DNA of 64,000 bases from Klebsormidium nitens (Eukaryota > Plantae > Klebsormidiophyceae). The stretch spans positions 18,349-82,348 of the forward strand of contig DF237369.1 of assembly GCA_000708835.1 (NCBI GenBank), in the 5' to 3' direction. Shown here one piece after another: positions 25,701 to 35,800 of the stretch. Position 1 is the first letter of the stretch; the number at the start of each line of letters is the position of its first letter. The notes under the pieces were generated by a model, which saw only the letters and a program-made list of their open reading frames with translations, was not told the DNA's origin and searched no databases. A program made the translations under genes and the position numbers.

Positions 25701-28700
25701 GCCGCCCAACATGAATGAGTGGCCTCAAGCATCACACAGTGTTCAGAAACGCGCCATGTCATTCAGCGCCTGTAACAAAAAAGAATTCGGGAAGCACAGA
25801 ACACTGAACGCGTTTGCTGCCTTGCTCCGCAACGTCCAAGTACTTACAAGGTTATTGTATGGCAACCGGACAGAGCCTGACTTTCTCTGGCAATCCAACC
25901 GCTAACCCAACTGTTTTCTTCACCAGGACAATCTCGACAAAGACAACTTCCCTGAACGTCACCACACACCGAACCCGTACTTTGTAACATGCACACAGAC
26001 AAAGGTAGATAGAAGCGTCCAAGGCTCGAAAGAGGACACAAACGCACGGCCATCGCGGTTAAAATCCTGAATACGAGTGAACACTTCTAGGAGCTTCAGT
26101 GCCTCGGGTGCGATAAGAATCTGTGGGCTCTCTAAGGTCCGCAGCCCACTGACAGCAATCCCATCATTGCCCGCTCGCGCTATAATCATCTCCTAGCTTC
26201 ATCAAACAGACATTCGGATCCTTGCGAAGGGACCGCAGAACGCTTGAGCAAACGACCCGAATTCTCAAACAAGTTTCAGCGAAACGGAAAGCAGAAAATT
26301 TTTGAGGGACATGCTTGCTGCTGACATATGTGTATTTGCAGACCTTTGCAAACGCCGGTATCGTGCTCCCTCTATAAACACGTAGGAACTGACATCCGAG
26401 CTTGACCATGACGAGGTTCTTGGGCTGTCGGATCGTTGCAAGCCCAGCCAAGACATCCCGTCATTGCCACGTCACCCATGCAAATTTGAACAGCACACAC
26501 AGAGGGCCCTCAACGGGAGCCTACTTGGGGAATGTAGCTATCCGCGCGGCACAGTACTTCGTTCGTTATTTGTGAAACTACCTTGGCCCCTCTTCGAAGG
26601 CCGCTCAATTGGGCTGGCAAATTTGAAGCTGACTTTCTCGCTTGTATGGGATGAACGGCTCTTTCGCATATCATGATTGTTGAGATCGGATCCAAATGTT
26701 GCTTCTGAGTTGGCTGGCTTTTGTAATATGGCTTTGGCTCTTGGACAGTGGTAGCCACAATCGGTGCCAGAATGAACAACGAGAGGAAGTCGAAGGCGAC
26801 AGCCAACTGCCCCAGGTGGGCAGTAATGATGTTTAAGTGGGCCGCTCAAAAAGGCAACCGGGGCATCGGGATGATCGACGAGGTTGGGCTGTCTCAAAAA
26901 GGAAGCAGCCCACGTCAGCGATGTCCATCATTGCCCAAGTCAGGGGAGGTATACTTGTGTCTTTGAGTCGCACATCAAGGGAACACATTGGGCGATGACA
27001 AAACAAGGAGATTAGGAGTTGCATCAGCGCAAGTGGTCTTCCTTCGACGACCTTCTCACTGACACAGACCCAACAAGAGAAACGTTCACAAGCTGATGAA
27101 TATGGCCATCAATGGGCACTCACTTTGTGAGCAACTAGCGTGGGGACACCCGACACCCGATTGGGGCAGATTTGCATCTGTGGCGTACAAGACCACAAGC
27201 TACAACGAGGAATTCGAGACGCGCGTCGTAAACCGGGACTCTTTGGCTTTCTGGCTTCCAAATTTGACATTCCTTCTCAACAAGGACTGTTCTGAATTAC
27301 AGCCTGGCATCAAAAGAGCACCAACCTTCTTCTCTTTGCACATATTGAGAGCAGTCGATGCTTTCGTCATAGCCACGTCTTCTGAAGGTACGTCAAGGGC
27401 CAGACACTTGTGAAGAAAACGAATATAAGAAAAAACTTGGCATCCACCTGGTAAAGGCAAGCGAACAACATAACACGGCACAAAGCAGCCTTTGAGGGTC
27501 GCTACGGGAATTGCAGAATTGCACCACGAAATCCTTCTTTCCAAATTTCCAATGATGAGCCAGTGACGATGCCAAGTTTTGAAAGTCAAAAAGGCGATTA
27601 TGGATTGGATCTTGACAGAAGGAGCCCAATCATATGAGACGCTTCTTCTAAACATTTCAGGAAGGGAAGGTTGCAAGGTTCTAGGCTGCGTCAATATTGA
27701 CCGACAGCCCACATCGGCGTCCCCGTCATTACCCTGCTCGTGCGTTAGAGACCTCTCTAAAGGGACGATTCTCCTCAGCAGATCTGCAGCCCCTTATCGT
27801 AGGAAAAGTATAGCGCGCAACCGAGAGCAGACGAGCGAGTCCACGGTCAGTTTTGACATTCCCAGGTAATGGCTTACTTTCGAAATCCGCTCGGTTTGAG
27901 AGAACTTCATTTCAAGAGCCTTACCCGTTACAAGCCTTCTGGCAAGAGCACGGGTCTGAAGACCTCAACAATAAAGCACTCGGGCATTTCAGGACATACG
28001 CTATCCTGGTACAAAAATACGGGTAGTGGTTGCCTCCAAACGGCAATCGGGATGCACCCGGACATCTGAAACCGACCTTTTCAGGGGTTGTGGCCATTTG
28101 CGAATTGCTTCCAAAGGCCGGAGTCACACGGAAACAAGCATAGATAGCGCCGATGCACAACCGGCGTGACTGCTCCCATCCCTACGCATTTCGACCGGTC
28201 GAAACGAGCTGCTTCTGGGCGCGTCCTTGCCGATGTTGTCGATATCAAAGTCTAACAGCGTCGGACATTCAGTATGATATGCTCCCAGGTGATATAAGAG
28301 AATCTTTTGGAGCATCCGAATAAGGACGCTCATGTTGGCCGCATGCCTCTTTTTCAAAGGAACCGCGGACAGTTGTTTGGCCTATCTTGGGCAAAGGAGA
28401 AACGATCCGTGGTCTTTGCACTGGTCAAACAGCTGGAACACAGCAGCAAAGAGGAGGCTGCGGTAATTCCGCGAGTTAACAGACGTTCACAGCCGCCAGC
28501 GCTCTGCAGACCCGCTTGTGACGTCCCAAAGAACCGAATCAAATATGCACTTACGACGGTCAAGATGCACGGGCTGGTCAGACTTTCATAAGACGAATCT
28601 CGCAGAGGTATTTATCCAATCTCAATAGTTCTGTGACGAGAGGCATCAGGACACAACAAGAAGAATGGGCTTGGTCGAGGACGAACCACGGCCCACTTTG

Positions 28701-31700
28701 GAACCGCCCATCACTGCCACCCCGTGACCCCGCACTCAAAGAACCGTGAATTCCGAAAGGTACGATTTCAGAATGCCTGAAGCACAGCGCAGTTTCGATG
28801 AACAGTGAAGTGACTCCAAACGGGTCTCCTGAAGAGCGCGCCTCAGTAATCTTTGCTCGATTTGGAGAGAGTGGAGCAACCGAGGCATTGGGTAAAAACC
28901 TTTACAAAGTATTCTTTCTGACAAAGAAAATTGCAGCAAATCGCAAGCATCTGATACGGATGGAGACCAAAGCTGATGCTCCAGAAGACCGACCCAACAT
29001 GAGGGTTTGGAAAGCCGCGTTTGAGGAAGAGGCGTGTCAGAGCTTGCCCCGTCTGACGTACTCAAGGACAAGAGGCAGAGTATCCGGGATTTATAATCCA
29101 GCAGAGTTGGCGTCAGCACGTCAAACTTCTTCTCAGCTAAGATTTTACTGAGCGCATTTGGCGAAGTCCTTGCCAACATAGTTCAATGGTTGAACATCAG
29201 ACGCTGGTAACAGACACGAAGCTGACGGAAGCGAACAGAACAAGCTGCTTCCAAGATTCCGAGACTCAATTATCAAGTATGGTGATTGGAGGAAGTAGGC
29301 TTGCAAAAAACAGAGACTGATGTCGCGGGAAGGAATGAGCACAAAATCGGCCGACAGTGGTTGTCAAACAGTCATACCAAGCAAGACCGAAGCCCCACAA
29401 AGGGTACACCATCCGAAGCAGCTTACACTGTGAACGGAAAGAATGATGTGACCCGGAGAGCGAAGACGATAAATCCAAAGGAGCATTGCCGTGCCGAGCC
29501 ACTCCGCAGATGTCTTGGGTTACAAAACTAAAACACGAAGATGTAATAAGGGATAGGCCTGGGGCTTCGATAAACGTAAAACAAATGTCTGGGTCTCAGA
29601 GCTTTCTCTCAAAGCAAACACGCTTTTCGATCACACGAGAATGGAGGACAGTGGGGGTGGCGAAGAGCCCCTGCAGGACTGCGCACGGAAAACCGTCCCC
29701 AGAGAACGTCCCTGCTCCTCAGGTGGTTATTTGGAATCAGTTTCCAATGGAAGGCATCAAATGGGAAGAGTCCATTTGGTGAACCAAGTGGGGATCACCG
29801 GAACGCTGTCCCTATCATGTGCACCTTAGCAGCCACGCCTTCTGCTAGAAACCAAAACACATTACTGCTACAGCAAACGAGGAACTACGCAGAAATGTTC
29901 TTGACTTGGATACCTTCAGAGAGGTTGTAGCCTGAGAGTCGTGATGCATGGAGGTCTAGTCACACAAGAAAAGCACCTCACCTGGGAGCCCATGTACTGC
30001 GCAAACGTGACCGAAACAATGGAAAGTCCCCCTCCGTTGAGCACAAAGAATGATGTCCACGTGTACATGAACGAGACAACGTTGCTGAAGCCAATCTGCA
30101 GAGGAACGGACGAGAGACGGAAGCCTTGTCAGATCCTGTTCTTTGAGTGAAGCAGACGAAGAACTCTGCAATCGTTGGGGATAGGCGATACCAAATTACC
30201 AATTGGACGCCTGCGGAAAAAGAGTGCATTACAACAAAGACCAATTGCCTGGTTTTTAGAACGGCTGTTGACACGCAAGCGACATGTGAACAGACACTCT
30301 GTGAAAGGACGAATCAGAAGGCGGAGTCACTTGAGTATCTTGTTTCCGGAACAAGACTATCGACCCTGCAATTTGCAGTTTCGATCTCCGGAACTTTCAT
30401 ATGCTTAGGGTCCGAATGTAAAGTAATTGCAGAACAACACCAGCTTGATACAGGTTCTTTCTCAGACCTAGACCAAATCCTGACTAGAAAACAGCAAACT
30501 AGAGCTTTTCCAAGGGAGGTCAGGCCTGCCTCACCCGCAGATAGTGACTGTCCCCCCCTGCATGAGGGATCGAGCTGCCCAACTCCGCGTAGATGAGCGC
30601 CGAAAGCATGGCAAGCGTTCCCCCGCCCAGCCATGCTAGCAAGGAGAGCCCAACGCTCCCCGTGCTTTGTAGGACAACTCCGGGGCTAGCGAATATGCCG
30701 CTGCCTACGATGATTCCCACGACAACACTGCAGAGATCCAATGAGAGTTTTCAAAAAAGTTGTCAGTGTGAAATCTGGGTTGACGGAACATGCAATTGCC
30801 ACAGCTGGTCGACACATACGCCTATGATTGAGGATGAGCTTGGGCGGACTGAGCCCTTTCTCAGCAAACTTATTGAGAATTGTTTGAGTCCAACTGCCAA
30901 CACGAATTGGAAACCAAGGAACAGGGATTCTGTCGATTCTGTCTTGCAGATTCGGTTGAAGATGCCTCAGCAGGCCAAGGGCTTTGTCAAGAAGCGGAGC
31001 CTGGGGATATAAATGACAATGCGCACGAGCTCATGTGAAGATGCTGCCCCACTGACATTCAACCTCAAACGCATACTTCCACCACACAGTCTAACTTGAT
31101 TACACGGAACTTTGATTGAAATGAGGATTTAAAGCCTCCACTAAAAGAAACAACCTTCACAAACCAAGAAAAGGTTGTTTTGTGAAGGTCGCATCGCACC
31201 CTGCATGTTTATCCCACCACCCGAAACATCGCACCAAACTTTACATTCTCATCATGTTACTAGGCTTAGGATCCAACTGACATAGCGCAAAACTTTCTCA
31301 GCTGATTCCCATTCCAACATGCACGACAAGGTTAAGATAAACTAAGAACAGTGGCCCCTTAACCTGATGCCAAAAGACAGTTGGGACTGACCTGCACTCG
31401 CCCCCCGTCTGTCTTCCCCCAACCAGGGCACATGGTAAGATACACATAGTGCTACTCCGATCATGCACGAAAAGCTGGAATTGAAACTACATGCGCTTTC
31501 AATCAAGCTCTCCCACCTGATGCCGTCCACAAAAGTGAGCCTCCTGTGGAGCCCCCCGCTCTCATCCTCCGCTCCGGTTCCCTTTGCCCTCTCTTCGTCC
31601 GCGTAACTGTCCAGCAGAGGTGCTCGGACGTCTGCAATGCTGTCATCGTCTGCGATATCCCCTGCCCCCAGCGCACTAAACCGTTCCGCCAGACTCGTAT

Positions 31701-31734
31701 TTCCTTGCGGTGTTGAACCACCAGGGGGGCCCAT
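16771..31734 (-). CDS. L-type amino acid transporter, APC superfamily (SLC7/LAT-like), 526 aa, 10 exons
   Basis: Exons in transcript order: 31734-31517, 30727-30535, 30095-29982, 24468-24375, 24105-23904, 22857-22718, 22096-21954, 21240-21151, 17815-17613, 16954-16771. All introns are GT-AG with matching phases; total 1581 nt. Motifs: GIIVGSGIFASPG, YAELGSSIPHAGG, ALWAFDGW, GEELKNPGRDMPRSI, RPFK. Confidence 0.93.
17026..17089. repeat. Perfect tandem duplication of a 31-bp unit in transporter intron 9
   Basis: actttctgtctgtgtgtgtgcttcaaatcgc occurs twice in direct succession. Confidence 0.95.
17281..17530 (-). repeat. Two intronic copies of the 3' end of transporter exon 9 (donor-side echoes)
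   Basis: gcgtactccgtgtttgg(g/a)ctt copies lie 152 and 318 bp from the real exon end. The distal copy keeps a GTAAGT donor. Confidence 0.9.
17885..18245 (-). repeat. Three intronic copies of the acceptor plus 5' end of transporter exon 9 (acceptor-side echoes)
   Basis: Copies translate to GAWASLLLLCSSVSLS, EAWACMLLLCPSASLA and GAQACLLLLSSYTSLA vs real GAWACLLLLCSSASLS. Each has an AG; spacing is 135, 141, 137 bp. Confidence 0.92.
18400..21010 (-). pseudogene. F-box/LRR pseudogenes nested in transporter intron 8
   Basis: F-box-like ISLLPLVAMTRTML...VLLACNVSFWNGALC (20830-21010) vs intact DLLPDEVLGRIL...FLLASCVCKRWSTLC. EALTPALL...KCAQLFVSPLRDL (18700-18850) vs LMTPTLE...KCWTVLIKPLLQ. Confidence 0.6.
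22584..22652 (-). repeat. Intronic duplicate of the 3' end and donor of transporter exon 6
   Basis: gccaacgtggcgtacctctgcatcctgcccgtgcacg|gtaaggcggcttactt vs real ...cccgtacaca|gtaaggcggcttactt; 112 bp offset. Confidence 0.95.
22990..23142 (-). repeat. Two intronic copies of the 5' end of transporter exon 6 (acceptor-side echoes)
   Basis: SAVMMLAEGL (~22990-23015) and cag|SATTMLGDSL (~23110-23140) vs real cag|SAVTMLGEEL; offsets 154 and 276 bp. Confidence 0.8.
24750..29300 (-). pseudogene. F-box/LRR pseudogenes nested in the 5.5-kb transporter intron 3
   Basis: LLFAAVFQ (~28450) vs intact LLFNALFK; TECPTLLDFDIDNIG (~28250) vs LECRKLEELTIDGRG; DGIAVSGLRTL (~26150) vs DGIA...IRTL; VLTPTLLD (~29110). 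Collinear with 12400-15450. Confidence 0.65.
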
Positions 31735-32535
31735 CCCAAACCAGAGTCCTGGTTGCTGCTGCTTTTCTCTTCACACTCTCCTTCCAAAACTTTTTTCTCT
31801 CTGTCTCCCCTCCTCTTTCTCAAGATCTTCTCTTCTTTCCTGCCTGTCACTTTTGAGGTCCAAATTCTGATAAAATGAGGGGAAGGATCTAAGCATTGGC
31901 TAACTTGTGGGGAGAATTCAATCACACCAGAGACATGCAATCCAAAGACAGCACAAGTCTTTCACAGCATATGAGCTTCTATGCGATATGCACTAAAGCC
32001 ATCAAATGCTGCGCAATCACTGCGCCTTCCAAGAATCAACATCTTTTCTGCTCCAGGCGGAAAGGTCTCCAATTGAGCTCAGTTGTTGTGTTTGCACATT
32101 AACACGACTTTGAAAGGAGCTGGGGCACCTAGTTCTAAAAGCATTGAAGCGGCCTTGATGCAAAGATGGGCAAAAGGTGGCCTGCAAAAGGTGCTTCACT
32201 GCTGCGTAACGCCCCCTGGCACTGGCAGCACCCATCATGCATGCCCATGATTCTGAACCAGCTGCCGCTAGCTAGCCAAATAAATGATGGCCATGAGTAG
32301 CAACGAGAGCGGGAGTATATCTCGTTCTCAAGGCCCTGTGAAGGCAGGCGCGACCTTGGAGGATCATAGACTTTGCCTGGGATGATGAATTGTTGTTAGG
32401 TGCAAGGCCTTAAATTATTCACAGAAACACCGTTCCCACACTAGATGGCATCAAACCGTTACCGCGCTCTGCGCACATGCAATGCTGGCCGGCGCGAAAC
32501 CCTTTGGAACTTGGAAGAACTTTTTGCCCCAGGGC
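31735..32535. promoter_or_regulatory. Probable bidirectional promoter between transporter (-) and UMPS (+)
   Basis: Head-to-head start codons about 0.8-1.1 kb apart. No specific motif identified. Confidence 0.45.
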
Positions 32536-32856
32536 ATGGCTGCTTTGCGCTCTCTGAAGAGCCCATCACGAATTAACTTGTGCAGTCCTCATTCTAGTCG
32601 TGAGATCTTGTGCGATTCCTCGCCTATCTGCAAAGCCAAGTCACTGCATTTCTTCCCAGCAGCAACCTACTCCTCCCATTGTTGGACGAAACCTTTGAGC
32701 AAAAGTAGCTTTTGCTGCAGGAGTTCAGACCCATTTCAGCTCTCACAGATTGGGAAGACTAGATTTTCTTTTTCCAAGAAGCCTTCGGCAACGGGGGGCA
32801 CTTTACACACCAAATTAGCTGCTCGTTCGAGTTCAGAGACAAACCGGACCCTCGCA

Positions 32857-35800
32857 ATGGAGGACGACACAAACAGCCTTGTTTTGAAGTTGCACGAGGT
32901 GGAGGCGGTCAAGTTTGGCAGCTTCAAGCTGAAGAGCGGTCTGATCTCGCCAATCTACATTGACCTCCGTGTCATTGTGTCGTACCCCGACCTTCTGAAG
33001 GTGGGCTTTAATTGGACCGTCCATTGGACAATGTATTGATGGAAGTGCAGATCGGTGGTGACTGCGAGCGTAGTAAACGGACACCAAAGTCCTTGAGTTT
33101 CCGAGCACTTCTTTCTGTCCAGCGGTGAGACTCAAGCGCGGAAACCGCAAGCAAGCACGGTGCCGGGCGATGAATTTTAGCTTTTTAAAGCTGGTAATGA
33201 TTCAGAGATTCATTTCAAGAAAGGCAGTTATGACCACCTTGCCTATACTTATGGTCATGTTTCGAATGGGTCAGCAAAGTAGGCGCTTCAATGGTGACAA
33301 TCAGCTCAACTCAGCAGGTTTTGAACAGTCTGTTGTCTTTTCCTGCTTCAATGGCCTCTTATAGTGGCGTTCCTCGTAGACTTTTGGAAAAGGTGTCACG
33401 ATAAGCAGGTGTGAGACCAAGTCAATGTGGCACATTGGTACCAAAGGTTCCAAAATCTTTCAGAGCGATGCCAGTTCAGGTCTAAGATGGTAGACATTTC
33501 CCCTATGCCGGATCGGATCTCTTAATGGAAGTTCCGCAACTGCTCTTCAGGTGAACTGCCAATCACCATCTAGCAACCAAGTGGCGGAGACTCGACACAT
33601 ATGAATTCCTGAATGTATAGCGTACGAAACTGGACGTCAAAATGGGATCCGTCGTTCTTGCAGGAGGTGGCTGAGTCCATGTGGGCCACGGTCGCCAACG
33701 CCAAGTTCGACGTCATGTGCGGAGTCCCGTACACTGCGCTCCCGATCGCCACCTGTATGTCGCTGCTGCACGGGAGCCCCATGGTGATGCGCAGGAAGGA
33801 GGTATGACATCAGCACAGAATTTTGAACCAGGCACTCTGAAGACGTTCAGGATTATTGCTGAAGTGTCAACTGCATCTTGAGAGAGTAAAAGGGATGGTG
33901 TCCTGACTCCCTTTAGAGATCCGTTCAAGTTTGATTCTAATATGGAGGGTAGAGTGCGCCCGCATTCGTATAAAAGCTGACTCGTATGCTGAAGCGCCAC
34001 AACAACCCTCCATTTTGACATGAGAGTTTTGGCACAGGTTTAATTTCCTAATGATGTATACTCCGTATATCTCTCAGGTCAAGGACTATGGGACGAAGAA
34101 GGCCATCGAGGGCGCGTTTCAACCGGGGCAGAGCGTGTTGATCGTCGAGGATTTGGTCACCAGCGGGGCATCTGTGATGGAAACCGTCGAACCCCTCAAG
34201 GCGGTGGGGCTCGAGGCAAAGGACGTGGTGGTGCTGATTGACCGGGAACAGGGGGGGCAGGCGCACCTGGAAAGGTACCCCCCGATCCTGTTCGGTTTGT
34301 ATTTTGAATCCTGCAACTTTGTGAGAAACTGTGGTGGTCGGTTTTCTCTGGGGGGCACAAGGCACCCCCTCTCCTGCTTTCCGCTTTGGCATATCAAAAG
34401 CCTGACTGCTCTGCGATTTCGGTTTAGTGTTCTTTCAGCATTCAGGGAAGCGGGGGGCAGAAGAACGGCCTGAAGCTGCCCTGTGTGCTTGCGCAAGGCT
34501 ACTCGCCTACGCCCTCCTGATATATAGCGAAGCCGCCGTTGCAGTGCTTTGAAGAGGCCTTTTATCTGCGACTAGGAAGCGGCTAACTGGACGAAAGGAA
34601 TAGACTAACCGAATCTGAAACGAAGATAAGCTCAACTGCGACGTCTTCACCTGCAGGAACGGGCTGAAACTGCACTCCACTCTCACGCTGCGTCACATCG
34701 TCGACGTCCTGGTGAAGCACGACAAACTCACCTCCGAAGTCGCCGACTCCGTCAAGCGCTTCATCGCCGAGAACCAGACCGCCGCGCCCTCCGTTCCGCT
34801 CGCAAACGCTCCGATCGACCCGCCAAAACGGAAACGGATCCCGTACGGAGACCGCGCGGCGCTGGCGAAGAACCCGACGGGAAAGAAGCTGTGGGAGCTG
34901 ATGGCCAGCAAGAAGACGAACCTGTCGGTGGCGGTGGATGTGGCGACGAGCGCAGAGTTGTTACGGTTGGCAGACCTGGTGAGTCTACTCCTTGTCTTTC
35001 ATGTACTTGATATCAAGACAAGTACACCCATCGCTTATTTTGTTCTCCTTTCTACCAGTCATCATCTCCTGACCGGATCATATCCCTGTCCATCATCTCC
35101 CTGACCTTAGCAGTCAGCAAGAAGACAGATTAATCAGTGGCAATGAATGCCGCGATACGCGCGGGATTGCACATATAGAACGATCTTGAGAGCATCTCAG
35201 AAGTTCAGATCTTTGATGACTAAAAGCTGGATTTCTGCTTTCACGCGGCTTCGCTTGTTGGAGCAACTTGAGTTTGAGAGACCAAGTACTGGAAGCTTTT
35301 GGTTGCGAAGGACTTTGCAACAAACCCCGAGGCTCTCGCGGCTGGCGTTCCTTGCAATTCGACAACTTTTGTTGCTCATTTCTTCAAGTCGGGATAGTAA
35401 ACCTGGAATTTTAGCGACACCTTCACAGACAATGACCAGCAATGGAGTTGTTTGGAAGCAGTCCGACATGGTTTCAGGGTCTCACATCTGGTATACCGAC
35501 GTTGATTCCGAACTCGTTTTATTTTATGTTTTTGAGTGGTTTTGCTTCTGAGCGCTGCTTCCTTTGCGTCTGACATCGACTTCATGCATCGGTCTTTTTG
35601 TCCGAAGGTGGGGCCTGAAATCGCTGTCCTCAAGACCCACGTGGACCAGCTGTCAGATTGGACACCAGCCGTGACGTCCGAGATCGAGAAGGTGAGGTCA
35701 CCGCTCCTTCCAACCAATGCGTACGAATCTAAACTTGTAGATGTCGGAATCGTTGAAACTCCGGTCGGAGCCGTTGAATTTGTACCAAGAACCCTAATTT

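Noticed and set aside
31152-31190. Hairpin accttcacaaa...tttgtgaaggt in transporter intron 1
   Set aside because: An 11-bp stem with no TSD, second copy or ncRNA features; not interpretable.
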